Numbered from the stretch's first letter, positions 18,104 through 27,856 are shown. The stretch is 64,000 nt of DNA from an uncultured Bdellovibrionales bacterium (GCA_964624415.1 CAZUWR010000002.1:76454-140453); one strand, 5' to 3'. The notes: generated from the letters alone by a model not told the origin. Made by a program: numbers and translations.

Positions 18104-18826
18104 TTACAGATTGGCGTAGACGGTTTGCACATCGTCGTGATCCTCGAGTTTTTCAATCAGGAGCTCACACTGCGCCAGCTGCTCCGGCGAAGGAGTTGCT
18201 TTCTGTGTCGGGAGAAAGGTGAGTCCGGCGTCTTTAATAATCAATCCTTGCTGTTCGAGTGCTTCTTTGGTTGTCTGCAGGTCTTCGATTTTCGTATAGA
18301 CCGCGCATATGCCGTCTTCTTCGAAAAAAGCGATATCGTCAGCTCCCGCCTCGATGGCCTGCATCTCGATATCATCCCTGTTTTTTCCTTCGGTATCGAG
18401 GATGATTTCCCCGACCTGACGAAACATAAAACTCACGGATCCGCTGGGCACCATCTTGCCGTTGGTTTTAGTGAGGATAGTTTTGATTTCACTGACGGTT
18501 CGGTTGCGGTTGTCGGTTGCTGTTTTGATAAGGAGTGCAATCTGACCGGGGCCGTACCCTTCGTAGAGATTTTCTTCGATCGTGGTGCCATCCTTGAGTT
18601 CTCCGGTGCCGCGCTTGATGGCGCGCTCGATGTTTTCTTTGGGCATATTCATGCTGCGTGCCTGATCGACTGCCATACGCAGTTTGAAGTTTGTTTCCGG
18701 ATCCCCGCCGCCTTCGCGCGCCGCGATAGTGACGATGCGGCCGTATTTGGTGAAGACATTGGCGCGCTTGGCGTCATTGACCCCTTTACGTTGCTTTATT
18801 CCAGCCCAGTGTGAGTGTCCTGACAT
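18104..18826 (-). CDS. YebC/PmpR family DNA-binding transcriptional regulator
   Basis: MSGHSHWAGIKQRKG... hallmark N-terminus of YebC family, 240 aa. Confidence 0.85.
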   Translation of the reverse strand: MSGHSHWAGIKQRKGVNDAKRANVFTKYGRIVTIAAREGGGDPETNFKLRMAVDQARSMNMPKENIERAIKRGTGELKDGTTIEENLYEGYGPGQIALLIKTATDNRNRTVSEIKTILTKTNGKMVPSGSVSFMFRQVGEIILDTEGKNRDDIEMQAIEAGADDIAFFEEDGICAVYTKIEDLQTTKEALEQQGLIIKDAGLTFLPTQKATPSPEQLAQCELLIEKLEDHDDVQTVYANL

Positions 18827-18989
18827 ACAAAGAAATTCAATTCATTACTGATTTCATCCTATAGGAAAACCGTTTTAAAATCAAGGGAAAAGAGGGAAAT
18901 AAAAATCTCTACCCCGCAGTGTTTTGCGAAGTAGAGAAAGGGTGCGCGATGGCATAGATTATACCTGGTATGTAAATAAATGGTTTTAA

Positions 18990-19238
18990 TTAAACATCTT
19001 GAGTAGGTTCTTTTTCTGTAGAGAATGTTTCAGGAAAGAATTTTTGATAAAAGCGATACACTCCGAAAAACAACAAAGACAGTATAATCACAATACCGAT
19101 AAGCGATAAAATAATTTGTTCTATGCTGATACCATCTTGCACAAGAGCAACCGCATAGGAACCTAAATTATCCACCAAGGGAACCAAAAATGACAATGCG
19201 ATAAAACACACTATCAAGAAAGTGAAATTGATTTTCAT
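18990..19238 (-). CDS. Small membrane protein, hypothetical
   Basis: 82 aa, two TM helices. Confidence 0.35.
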   Translation of the reverse strand: MKINFTFLIVCFIALSFLVPLVDNLGSYAVALVQDGISIEQIILSLIGIVIILSLLFFGVYRFYQKFFPETFSTEKEPTQDV

Positions 19239-19443
19239 TTCATTTGCCTCACTGATTTTTAAAGAAACCTTCGCGAAGTTTCAGCGAAGATGATTATGCT
19301 GCATTAAGCATTTTTATTATAGCGGGTATTTACATTGATGTCAATACTTTATGGCTTTATATGGCTTTAATTAAAACTGTATCCGCAAGTTCATCCATTT
19401 CGTGTATACTTGAGTAAGCAATTAAATTAATTGGATATTTTCT

Positions 19444-20292
19444 ATGCCGGAATTACCCGAGGTGCAAACCGTCGTTTCTCAGCTGGGAGAAAAAATCGTC
19501 GGGAAGAAAGTGAAATCCGTGTGGAGCGACTGGTCCAAAGCCGTGCGCCCGTCTTTGGTGATTTTTAAGAAGGAGATTGTCGGCGCAAAAATTATCGGAA
19601 CGAGACGGAAAGGAAAACACGCTATCCTCGATTTGGACAATGCGCATTCTATCGTCATACACCTCAAGATGACCGGGCATTTGTTGGTCAAAAACGATAT
19701 CAATCGCGAGAATGAGACATTTAAGGATCCGTACAATCAATTTATTCATCACATCCTCGCCTTTGCCGATGGCACGACGCTTGAGTTTTCGGATATGCGC
19801 AAATTCGGCTGGATGGAAGTGATGTCGACTGCGGATGTTGAAACACTCCCAAGTATCGCCTCGCTTGGAATTGATGCGCTTTCAGAAAAGTTCACACCGA
19901 AAGTACTCGATGAAATAGTTGCGAAAAAAGCCAAGTCGAAAATCGGCGCACTGCTTCTTGAGCAAGGAATTATCGCCGGCATCGGCAATATCTATCGCAG
20001 CGAATCTTTGTTTCAAGCAGGTATTCTTCCTGATAGGGTGGCCTCAAGTCTTTCTAAGGATGAACAGCATATCCTTTTGGCGAGTATCAAGAAAGTCCTT
20101 CGTAAGGCGTTGAAACACCGAGGGATGTCGGATGGCGACTTCCGCGATACCGATGGCAGGGAGGGAGAATTTCAAAAAGTTTTGGGCGTGTATGGACGCA
20201 GTGGAAAACCCTGCCCTAAGTGTGGTACAATGATACAACGAATGAAGTTGGGGCAAAGAAGCGCGTTTTTTTGTCCCTCGTGCCAACAATAA
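19444..20292 (+). CDS. mutM: Formamidopyrimidine-DNA glycosylase (Fpg/MutM)
   Basis: MPELPEVQTV N-terminus (catalytic Pro2/Glu3). H2TH region. C-terminal CPKCG...CPSC zinc finger. Confidence 0.9.
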   Translation: MPELPEVQTVVSQLGEKIVGKKVKSVWSDWSKAVRPSLVIFKKEIVGAKIIGTRRKGKHAILDLDNAHSIVIHLKMTGHLLVKNDINRENETFKDPYNQFIHHILAFADGTTLEFSDMRKFGWMEVMSTADVETLPSIASLGIDALSEKFTPKVLDEIVAKKAKSKIGALLLEQGIIAGIGNIYRSESLFQAGILPDRVASSLSKDEQHILLASIKKVLRKALKHRGMSDGDFRDTDGREGEFQKVLGVYGRSGKPCPKCGTMIQRMKLGQRSAFFCPSCQQ

Positions 20293-20308
20293 TTATCTAT
20301 CTCACGAT

Positions 20309-21505
20309 ATGAGCAATAAGCAAAAAATAGTGGTGGCGGTTGTAGTCGTAGCTATCGTTGCGGTGGGCGCATATTTTTTCCGGGATCGTCTCGGTTTAAA
20401 TAAAACACAAGTTAAGCAAATAGAACTTGATAAAAAACCGACAGTAGAAAATACCGGCCCGGTCAATACCGGCCCGGTCAGTCCGATTTCGGGTATCGCG
20501 TGCGAGCATTGGAATCGTCGTCCATTCGCGGTGATGCAACCGGTGGATGTCCAGGCACGTCCGGTCGCCGGATTTTCACAGGCGGATATGGTGTTTGAAA
20601 TGCCCAATCCGGCGGCTGGAATTTTTGTGACGCGGTTGCTCGGTGTTTATTTGTGCGATATGCCCGCCGAAATCGGCGCGATGCGCAGCGCTCGGCACGA
20701 TTATATCAATGTTGCCAAGGGATTGGATGCTATTTTTGTCGGATGGGGTGGATCGGCATTCGCTATCGCGAAGCTGAATGCCGGCGTGATTGACAATATC
20801 GACTGCAACGGTGAGGGTGGAAAGAAGGCTCCGGACTGCTGTTTTCGTAAAGAAAAAACAGGTCTGATGCGCGGAGAGGATACCGGTTTCGCCAAGGGTG
20901 AAAAACTCCTCAGTTGCGCGCAAGATTTCGGTTATCGTATGGAATCGAAGTTCGCAGGTTACGCTCACCAAGATGCACCAGCTACGGATGCACTTCCGAA
21001 TGGCGGGCACCTTTCTATCGGTTTCCCTGGTATTATGAAAGCCGATTACGATTATGATCGCGCCACTAATTCTTACCTGCGAACCTGGGGGAATGCTGAA
21101 GACAAAGATCGCAACAACGGCCAGCGTATCGCGCCGAAAAACATCGTGGTGCTCATTGCGGACAATGAACAGATTTTGGCAGATGTGGATTACAAAGCGC
21201 GAGGCGTGCAGGATCCGTGGGAAGGATTGGAAGCGTGGGAAAAGGAAGGACCGAAGAACATTTCCGGACGCTACAACAATATCCAACTCGGAGACCCATG
21301 GTTCGATACCAATGATAGCGGCGATATTCGTTATTACATGAACGGACAGGAATACAAAGGTACCTGGAAGAAAGACAAGTCGAGTCTCGACAGCAAACTC
21401 TTCTTCTTCGATGAATCGGGAGCCGAGGTGAAATTCGTCCCCGGACAGATCTGGGTGGAAGTGATGACCCCGGCACAGAAATTCACCTGGACCCCGGCAT
21501 CGTAG
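20309..21505 (+). CDS. DUF3048 (YerB-like) membrane-anchored protein
   Basis: N-terminal TM anchor. RRPFAVMQPVDVQARPVAGFSQADMVFEMPNPAAGIFVTRLLGVY fits DUF3048 N-domain consensus. Confidence 0.5.
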   Translation: MSNKQKIVVAVVVVAIVAVGAYFFRDRLGLNKTQVKQIELDKKPTVENTGPVNTGPVSPISGIACEHWNRRPFAVMQPVDVQARPVAGFSQADMVFEMPNPAAGIFVTRLLGVYLCDMPAEIGAMRSARHDYINVAKGLDAIFVGWGGSAFAIAKLNAGVIDNIDCNGEGGKKAPDCCFRKEKTGLMRGEDTGFAKGEKLLSCAQDFGYRMESKFAGYAHQDAPATDALPNGGHLSIGFPGIMKADYDYDRATNSYLRTWGNAEDKDRNNGQRIAPKNIVVLIADNEQILADVDYKARGVQDPWEGLEAWEKEGPKNISGRYNNIQLGDPWFDTNDSGDIRYYMNGQEYKGTWKKDKSSLDSKLFFFDESGAEVKFVPGQIWVEVMTPAQKFTWTPAS

Positions 21506-21544
21506 GTGAGGGCACGAGAGAACGATATCGCATGTTTTATGTAT

Positions 21545-21580
21545 AAAAGAACAGCTTAGAGTGAGCTGTTCTTTTACTTT
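21545..21580 (+). terminator. Intrinsic terminator
   Basis: aagaacagct-tagagtg-agctgttctt followed by T-rich tract. Confidence 0.55.
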
Positions 21581-21612
21581 CAAAAAAAGCCCATATAAGC
21601 TATACTAAGGCT

Positions 21613-22584
21613 ATGATTATCTTTTTATACGGGCAGGACGCGTTCCGTTCCCGGGAAAAAATGACCGAGCTTCGCAATGCCTACCTGGAGAAAAATCCTT
21701 CTTCAGGACTGTTCGAATTTGATGGAGAATCCGCTTCGGAGGAAACGATCAAGACTCTCAAGCAAACGCTCAATGAGTCGGGGCTGTTCGCGACCAAAAA
21801 ACTGGTGATACTGAAGCGTTTTACGGAAGCACCGGAATTTTCACAGAAGAAATTGGCAGAGTTTTTGGAAGAGAAATGCGCGAGTATCGATACTAATAAA
21901 GACAATATTTTGATCGTATGGGAGGCAACACTGCCCAAGAAAACCAATGTGCTCTTCAAGCTGCTCGACAAGCAGGTGGCCAAAAAACAACAGTTTGAAA
22001 TATTGAAAGGTATACGACTGGAACAATGGATCATCCATCGCATACACCTAATCGACGCGCAGACCAACATCGAAAAGAGAGCACTTCCGCTCTTGGTATC
22101 CGAAATGGGCGATGATTTATCAGCACTTGAAAATGAATTGCGAAAACTGACGGATGTCTGTGAGGACAAGCTGATACGCGAGGCCGATGTGGCGCTCTTC
22201 GTATCGCAGTCGGTGCGGAGTTTGGTATTTGAGGCGCTGGAGGCGCTGGCGTCGGGCAATCGTGTAAAAGCTCTAAGTCTCTTTGAGGCGCAGTTGGAAA
22301 AGGGAGAGAACGCGCTCTACCTCCTCTCGATGTGTGCATGGCAAATGCGCAATCTCCTCAAGGTGGCGGACGGCTATGCGGATGGAATGCGACAAGCATC
22401 GCTTCTTGCCAAAGAGCTCAAGCTCCATCCGTTTGTGGTGCAAAAGTTGCTTCGCCAAATCGGCGGATTCCCGATAGAGCGGATCAAAAAAAGTTTCGCA
22501 TTGCTCGCCGATCTGGACACACAATCCAAAAGCGGTCAGATCGATCCGAAGTTGGCGCTTGATATATTTGTGATGAAGGTATAA
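21613..22584 (+). CDS. holA: DNA polymerase III delta subunit
   Basis: MIIFLYGQDAFRSREKMTEL... typical HolA N-terminus, 323 aa. Confidence 0.75.
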   Translation: MIIFLYGQDAFRSREKMTELRNAYLEKNPSSGLFEFDGESASEETIKTLKQTLNESGLFATKKLVILKRFTEAPEFSQKKLAEFLEEKCASIDTNKDNILIVWEATLPKKTNVLFKLLDKQVAKKQQFEILKGIRLEQWIIHRIHLIDAQTNIEKRALPLLVSEMGDDLSALENELRKLTDVCEDKLIREADVALFVSQSVRSLVFEALEALASGNRVKALSLFEAQLEKGENALYLLSMCAWQMRNLLKVADGYADGMRQASLLAKELKLHPFVVQKLLRQIGGFPIERIKKSFALLADLDTQSKSGQIDPKLALDIFVMKV

Positions 22585-22605
22585 GTGAAAATAGTGTGTG
22601 TATGA

Positions 22606-22640
22606 TGAAAAAAACAGACCCATGGAGGGTCTGTTTTTTT
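22606..22640. terminator. Bidirectional intrinsic terminator between holA and rpsT
   Basis: aaaaaaacagaccc-atggag-ggtctgttttttt. Confidence 0.65.
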
Positions 22641-22666
22641 ACCGGTAAATACAAGAAATCGAAAGA

Positions 22667-23053
22667 CTATTTCTTGGCTGCAACTTTTTTCGCAACTTTA
22701 GCTACAACCTTCTTTGCGACTTTCTTTTTCGCAGGCGCTTTCTTTGCGACTACTTTCTTCGCAGGCTTCTTCGCAACGGCTACTACCTTGCCGATGGAAT
22801 TTTTTACGAGCGTGTTGAGACGGGATTTCTTTCGGGCAGCGGTGTTTTTCTTGAGCACTTTCTTCTGAGCAGCTTTATCCAAAGACTTGATAGCTGTCTT
22901 GAGCCACTTCTGTGCATCGTCGGTATTGCCGGCCTTTACCGCTTCACGGGTTTTTTTGATAGCACCTTTGAAGGTTCCTTTGACGATTTTGTTGCGAGCG
23001 GTTTTGCGTTCGGTGACGCGCATGTACTTCTTAGCACTTTCTTTGATAGGCAT
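22667..23053 (-). CDS. rpsT: 30S ribosomal protein S20 with ~40 aa Lys/Ala-rich histone H1-like C-terminal tail
   Basis: N-terminal 88 aa = S20 (MPIKESAKKYMRVTERKTARNKIVK...). C-terminus KKPAKKVVAKKAPAKKKVAKKVVAKVAKKVAAKK encoded by degenerate tandem nucleotide repeats. Confidence 0.85.
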   Translation of the reverse strand: MPIKESAKKYMRVTERKTARNKIVKGTFKGAIKKTREAVKAGNTDDAQKWLKTAIKSLDKAAQKKVLKKNTAARKKSRLNTLVKNSIGKVVAVAKKPAKKVVAKKAPAKKKVAKKVVAKVAKKVAAKK

Positions 23054-23112
23054 AATGTTGTCGTTTGTATCTTTACGAGAGCAACGTAAAGAGATACGTG
23101 AAATTAAAAGGC

Positions 23113-23229
23113 GGGAATGATAAGTGGATATTATTTGCTGAGTACGTGCATTTTTCTGCTGAAAAATTTCTCGTGCTCGACCCGTCGGGCTTCGCAGGCC
23201 TCCGCAAACAATATCCGCTTATCATTAAC
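23113..23229. repeat. Structured intergenic repeat family A, copy A5 (rpsT/ruvA divergent spacer)
   Basis: Arms gggaatgataagtggatattatttgc / gcaaacaatatccgcttatcattaacc. Core tgagtacgtgcatttttctgctgaaaaatttctcgtgctcgacccgtcgggcttcgcaggcctcc. Confidence 0.8.
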
Positions 23230-23454
23230 CGCAATGAGACACAACGGACTTCCTCTTTTGTACCATAACGTTTTCTTTTTGGCAAGTATGGGGGGAAATG
23301 GTAAACTGGATTATATAAACTTTTCCAAGGCTTTTCCGTTTGAGTACAGGGCGAGGCGCAAGTGAGGAGCGTAAATAAGCCGTACATGTGGTACGACGTT
23401 GCGCACCGGAACTTGCAACAAAGCATTGTGCCAAATGGGAAAGCCTACGCCGTT

Positions 23455-24027
23455 ATGATTGCGCAAGTACAAGGCACTATCTCATATATCAAGGAAGGAT
23501 TCGCGGTCATTTTGGTTGGCGGTGTCGGGTACAAAGTCTTCGCTTCGCCCTATACGCTCGGCAATATCGCAGGGGGCGGTATCGTGACACTGCATACCCA
23601 CACCTATGTCCGTGAGGACTCATTGTCACTTTATGGTTTTTTGACACCCGAGGAGCTGGATATGTTCGAACTGCTTATTTCGGTCTCGGGCATCGGGCCT
23701 AAAGCGGGACTCGGGATTCTTTCGATCGCCGATCCCAACACCATCCGCACAGCTATTATCAATCACGACGCTTCCATTCTGACTCGCGTGTCGGGTGTGG
23801 GGAAAAAGACGGCTGAGCGAGTAATCCTTGATCTGGAAAACAAAGTCGGCAGCATTTCGGAAATCCACCGTACCGGCGTGACGCTTGATACGGATGCGAT
23901 GGACGCGCTGGTCGCGATGGGATACGCTATCGCCGAAGCTCGCGAGGCCCTCAAGATGGCGCCATCCGATATGACGGATGTTGGCGAAAAGGTGAAATTC
24001 GCCCTCAAGCATTTAGGAAGAAAATAG
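23455..24027 (+). CDS. ruvA: Holliday junction DNA helicase RuvA
   Basis: Start at MIAQVQGTISYIKEG. Tandem HhH motifs (ISVSGIGPKAGLGIL; VSGVGKKTAERVIL). ORF-track N-extension overlaps repeat A5. Confidence 0.85.
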   Translation: MIAQVQGTISYIKEGFAVILVGGVGYKVFASPYTLGNIAGGGIVTLHTHTYVREDSLSLYGFLTPEELDMFELLISVSGIGPKAGLGILSIADPNTIRTAIINHDASILTRVSGVGKKTAERVILDLENKVGSISEIHRTGVTLDTDAMDALVAMGYAIAEAREALKMAPSDMTDVGEKVKFALKHLGRK

Positions 24028-25101
24028 ATGGAAACTACCACACGAGAGCAGATGCGAGTATTGCAAAGCCATATAGCGGATGGCGGTTTTTTGCAATCCA
24101 ACGAGTGGCTTCACTTTCAGGAATTGCTCGGACATCGCATTTTTCATTTCGAGGCGGACGATTGTTTCGCCAATATCATCGAGTACACACTTCCACCAAT
24201 AGGGAAATACTGGTATATTCCTCGCGGACCGGTCATCATCAATCAACAATTAACAAACAACAATCACCAAACAGCAATCAACAGACAGCAGACGACAAGT
24301 AATCATAAACCATCAGAAGCCTTTTTACACAGCATTGTCGTAAAGGCGAAACAGGAGGGAGTCGGCTGGATCCGCATAGAACCCGCGAAAGAAAGTGATC
24401 TGTCCGTATGGGAACAATTTCCAGAAGTGTCTATCAAAAAAGCCGCACACGATACACAACCGCGCGAAATCCTGGTGATGCCGATCGATGGGACACAAGA
24501 AGAAGTCCTGGCACGGATGAAATCGAAAACCCGTTATAATATCCGCCTCGCCGAAAAGAAAGGCGTCAGAGTCTTTACCTCTCACGAACAAGAACATATC
24601 GATACTTTCTGCGATTTAGTGGCTATCACGGCCAAACGCGATGGTATTGTGCCGCACCCGCGCGAGCACTATCGGAAAATGTTGCAGGCGATTCCGGATG
24701 CTATGCTCAAGCTTTATCTTGCCGAGTATGAGGGGACTATCGTCGCAGCCAACCTCGTTGTGTTTTTCGGAACCTATGCGACTTATCTACATGGCGCATC
24801 GGGCAATATCCATCGTGAGGTGATGGCACCGTATCTTTTGCAGTGGCGGCAGATACAGGATGCCAAAAAAAACGGTTGCGAACAGTACGATTTCGGCGGT
24901 GTTAAAACGAAGGATGCGAAGAATACCTGGGGAGGCATCACTCGCTTCAAACAAGGATTCGCGCCCGCGCAGGATGCGACGCATTTTCCGGGCAGCTACG
25001 ATGTCGTACTCGCTAGCAATCGATACCGGGCCTATATCGCATTGCAAACTCTGAAAAAAGCGTATAGAATGGTGAGAAGAATAGTGCGCAATATGTGCTA
25101 A
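24028..25101 (+). CDS. FemXAB-family aminoacyltransferase (peptidoglycan interpeptide bridge formation), with Q/N/T-rich in-frame insertion
   Basis: 357 aa. FemAB-like region HGASGNIHREVMAPYLLQWRQIQDAKKNGCEQYDFGGV. Insertion QQLTNNNHQTAINRQQTTSNHKP at 24241..24300 encoded by CAATCAACA-type repeat. Confidence 0.55.
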   Translation: METTTREQMRVLQSHIADGGFLQSNEWLHFQELLGHRIFHFEADDCFANIIEYTLPPIGKYWYIPRGPVIINQQLTNNNHQTAINRQQTTSNHKPSEAFLHSIVVKAKQEGVGWIRIEPAKESDLSVWEQFPEVSIKKAAHDTQPREILVMPIDGTQEEVLARMKSKTRYNIRLAEKKGVRVFTSHEQEHIDTFCDLVAITAKRDGIVPHPREHYRKMLQAIPDAMLKLYLAEYEGTIVAANLVVFFGTYATYLHGASGNIHREVMAPYLLQWRQIQDAKKNGCEQYDFGGVKTKDAKNTWGGITRFKQGFAPAQDATHFPGSYDVVLASNRYRAYIALQTLKKAYRMVRRIVRNMC

Positions 25102-25237
25102 GTAACTGTCTAAAATCTTTTCGTTTTTTGCTTTTGTATAGTGTTTTTTCGAACTGCCGGGTCAAAGACGAAAGGCGAGAAAAAATACTATCAAAAGCCA
25201 AAAAAACAAGAGGGGAAAGATTTTAGACAGTTACTAA
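25098..25237. repeat. Structured repeat family B, copy B2
   Basis: Fills entire gap between stop of FemX-like gene and next ORF. Same orientation and loop as B1 with few substitutions. Confidence 0.85.
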
Positions 25238-26038
25238 ATGCTCAAGAGAATGTTTATTCGTCACATTAACTACAACCGTATGATCGACAAGGATTTGCAG
25301 GCTGTCGGCTTGCAGGAAAAGGAAGCTAAAGTCTATTTGGCAGCGCTTGAGCTGGGCAAGGGGACGGCGCAGCAAATCGCGCGAAAGGCGGATCTGAAGC
25401 GTCCGACCACCTATGTAATCGTGGAAGAATTGATGCAGCAGGGATTGGTCTCAAGCTACTATGAGGGCAAGAAGCAATACTTTGTCGCCGAGCACCCGGA
25501 TCGATTGGGGGATTTGCTCAAAAAGGAACAAGAAGAAGTCGAGAAAAAGCAGGCGCACCTGAAGGCTATCTTGCCGCAGCTCCAGTCTATCAACAATCGC
25601 CAGACCGATAAGCCGGTGGTGAAGTACTATGAGGGCAAAGAGGGGATTTTGACGATGGTAGCAGAGCACGCAAAATCAAGCTTTGGGAAAACTGCTTACT
25701 CGGTGCATTCACGTGATATGTTGAATAAAGTACTCTCTGTAAAGGAGACGGAGGGAATTGCTAATGATAGAGTGGAACATCATATCAAGATGAAGTCTTT
25801 GTACACCTGGTCTCAGGGAACATTACCGAATCGTTCAGATACAGAAGGAATACGTTTAAGCGAAACTGACCTAGGTGTGAGTTGCGATATCGCGGTATTT
25901 GGTGATCGTATTCGAATAGCTTCTTTTAAGGATCGTTTGATTGGGGTGGTTATTGAAGATAAGGAAATCGCTAAATCATTTCAGGCTGTTTTTGAACTTG
26001 CATGGAAGTGGGCGCAAGAGCATCAAATAGATAAGTAG
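25238..26038 (+). CDS. TrmB-family (sugar-specific) transcriptional regulator
   Basis: N-terminal wHTH (LGLQEKEAKVYLAALELGKGTAQQIARK) and C-terminal TrmB-like domain. True start probably an internal Met (25250 or 25280), since 25238 abuts repeat B2. Confidence 0.55.
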   Translation: MLKRMFIRHINYNRMIDKDLQAVGLQEKEAKVYLAALELGKGTAQQIARKADLKRPTTYVIVEELMQQGLVSSYYEGKKQYFVAEHPDRLGDLLKKEQEEVEKKQAHLKAILPQLQSINNRQTDKPVVKYYEGKEGILTMVAEHAKSSFGKTAYSVHSRDMLNKVLSVKETEGIANDRVEHHIKMKSLYTWSQGTLPNRSDTEGIRLSETDLGVSCDIAVFGDRIRIASFKDRLIGVVIEDKEIAKSFQAVFELAWKWAQEHQIDK

Positions 26039-26471
26039 TTTATTTGAATGAGAGATTAAAAAGTTAAAACCACGAGCTCTCAAGGTAAAAAGAGAGTCCG
26101 TGGTCGTTTTTTTGAGGAATTTTCCTCACAGTATTTTAATGCCACATAGCCGTATCCTCCGTGGGAGGGGTTCTTTGTTTTGGCGAACGACCCATATTCC
26201 TCATGGAATCGTCAGCGCACTAACTGTATATAAGCATACCCTTGATATTCTGTCAAGAGGATTAGTTTGTAGGGCTGTTTGGAAGCCAATATTCTTAGGT
26301 CTGATGCCAGGTGGACGAAATATGCCAGCTCCGTGACATACTGTACTCGTAGTGCGCTAAAATCAGATTACTTCAGCAACCAAACAGCTTCGATTATCAT
26401 AGAGCTTTACTTCCCCTTTGTCAAGATTTCTGTATACTAGGATAAAGACCTCATTTTTTATCCCGAATCGT

Positions 26472-27737
26472 ATGCATACCTTCAAGTCCCTCATCCCGCA
26501 ATCCGTCAAGAACCTCTATCACCTCGCGCAGGCTGTGTTGGCGAATCTTTGGTACGGCTTTCCGTCACGCAGACTCACCATTATCGGGGTGACGGGGACG
26601 GATGGCAAGACGACGACCGTGCAATTGCTCAGCAGGATTTTCGAGGAAGCTGGCAAAAAAGTGGCTATGGCCTCGACCATCAATTTCAAGCTCGGTGACA
26701 AGGAATGGGTCAATACCTCCAAGCACACGACGCTCGGGAGCTTCGCGACACAGAAGTTCTTGAGGCAAGCGTCGGATGAGCAGTGCGATATCGTGATTAT
26801 CGAGACCGCTTCGCATGCGTTGGATCAGTATCGGGTCTGGGGTGTACGATATGCGGTCGCCGTCATTACCAATGTGACACGCGAGCATCTGGATTACCAC
26901 AAGACGATGGCACGCTACCGTCGTGCGAAAAAACGGCTTTTCGATAAAGCGAAAGTAGCAGTAGTCAATCTGGATATGGACAGTCCCGAGGAATTTTTGC
27001 AAGGGAAGTATGAGAAAACCATCACCTACAGCACACAAGAATCATCTGCACAGGCATTGGCGCATGACATACGACTTCGTTTGGATGGCTCGACCTTCGC
27101 TGTTGATGACCAAACATTTGACCTGGCGCTTCCCGGAATGTTCAATATCGAAAACGCCCTGGCAGCTATCAGTGTCGGTATCACTCAGGGCGTGAGTTTG
27201 GAAGTGATGGCATGTGCTTTGGCGAAAGTGACCGGCGTTCCGGGCCGTATGGAAAAAATTACCAATACTCGAGGTATCGAAATACTTATCGACTATGCTG
27301 TGACCCCCAATGCGCTTGAAAAGTTGTATGCCCTCGTGTCCGAGATGAAGCCATACAAAACATCGAGAATCATCGCGGTATTTGGGGCGTGCGGAGATCG
27401 TGATCGCGGCAAGCGGCCGATGATGGGCGCTATTGTATCATCCTACGCGGATGTGATTATCCTGACCAATGAAGATCCGTATTTCGAAAATCCGGAACGT
27501 ATCGTCAATGAAATATCCAAGGGAATTACGGGTAAAAAACGTGGCAAGACGTATTTTCACGTTATGAACCGTCGCAAAGCCATCCAGAAGGCCCTTAAAT
27601 TGGCCCAGGAGGGGGATATCGTTGTGATTACGGGTAAAGGTGCCGAAGAGACTATGGCTATCGGCAGAGAGCGAATTTCGTGGAATGATAAGCGAACGGT
27701 GCAAGAGATTTTACAAAAAGAGAATGTGCGCGTTTGA
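26472..27737 (+). CDS. murE: Mur ligase family protein (MurE-like UDP-N-acetylmuramoyl-tripeptide synthetase)
   Basis: GVTGTDGKTTT P-loop, Mur ligase central and C-terminal domains. Start at MHTFKSL (26472). Confidence 0.7.
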   Translation: MHTFKSLIPQSVKNLYHLAQAVLANLWYGFPSRRLTIIGVTGTDGKTTTVQLLSRIFEEAGKKVAMASTINFKLGDKEWVNTSKHTTLGSFATQKFLRQASDEQCDIVIIETASHALDQYRVWGVRYAVAVITNVTREHLDYHKTMARYRRAKKRLFDKAKVAVVNLDMDSPEEFLQGKYEKTITYSTQESSAQALAHDIRLRLDGSTFAVDDQTFDLALPGMFNIENALAAISVGITQGVSLEVMACALAKVTGVPGRMEKITNTRGIEILIDYAVTPNALEKLYALVSEMKPYKTSRIIAVFGACGDRDRGKRPMMGAIVSSYADVIILTNEDPYFENPERIVNEISKGITGKKRGKTYFHVMNRRKAIQKALKLAQEGDIVVITGKGAEETMAIGRERISWNDKRTVQEILQKENVRV

Positions 27738-27856
27738 GTACAGTTCTAGGCGCAATCGAGGAGCGCAAGTAAGCCGTACAAAAAGTACGGTGTCGCGCAC
27801 CTCCGATTGGAACGACGAAATGTGCCAAACGAGTACATTCTAAGACGATGAAATAA

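Noticed and set aside
20576-21583. 335 aa ORF antisense to the DUF3048 gene
   Set aside because: Arg/His/Cys-rich, no domain features, fully overlaps a better-supported gene on the other strand. Long antisense ORFs at 4269..5066, 16830..17492, 18074..18814, 38662..39411 and 45393..46196 were rejected for the same reasons.
22596-22868. 90 aa plus-strand ORF (FFAT-rich) opposite rpsT
   Set aside because: Mirror translation of the lysine/alanine repeat tail of S20; low-complexity artefact.
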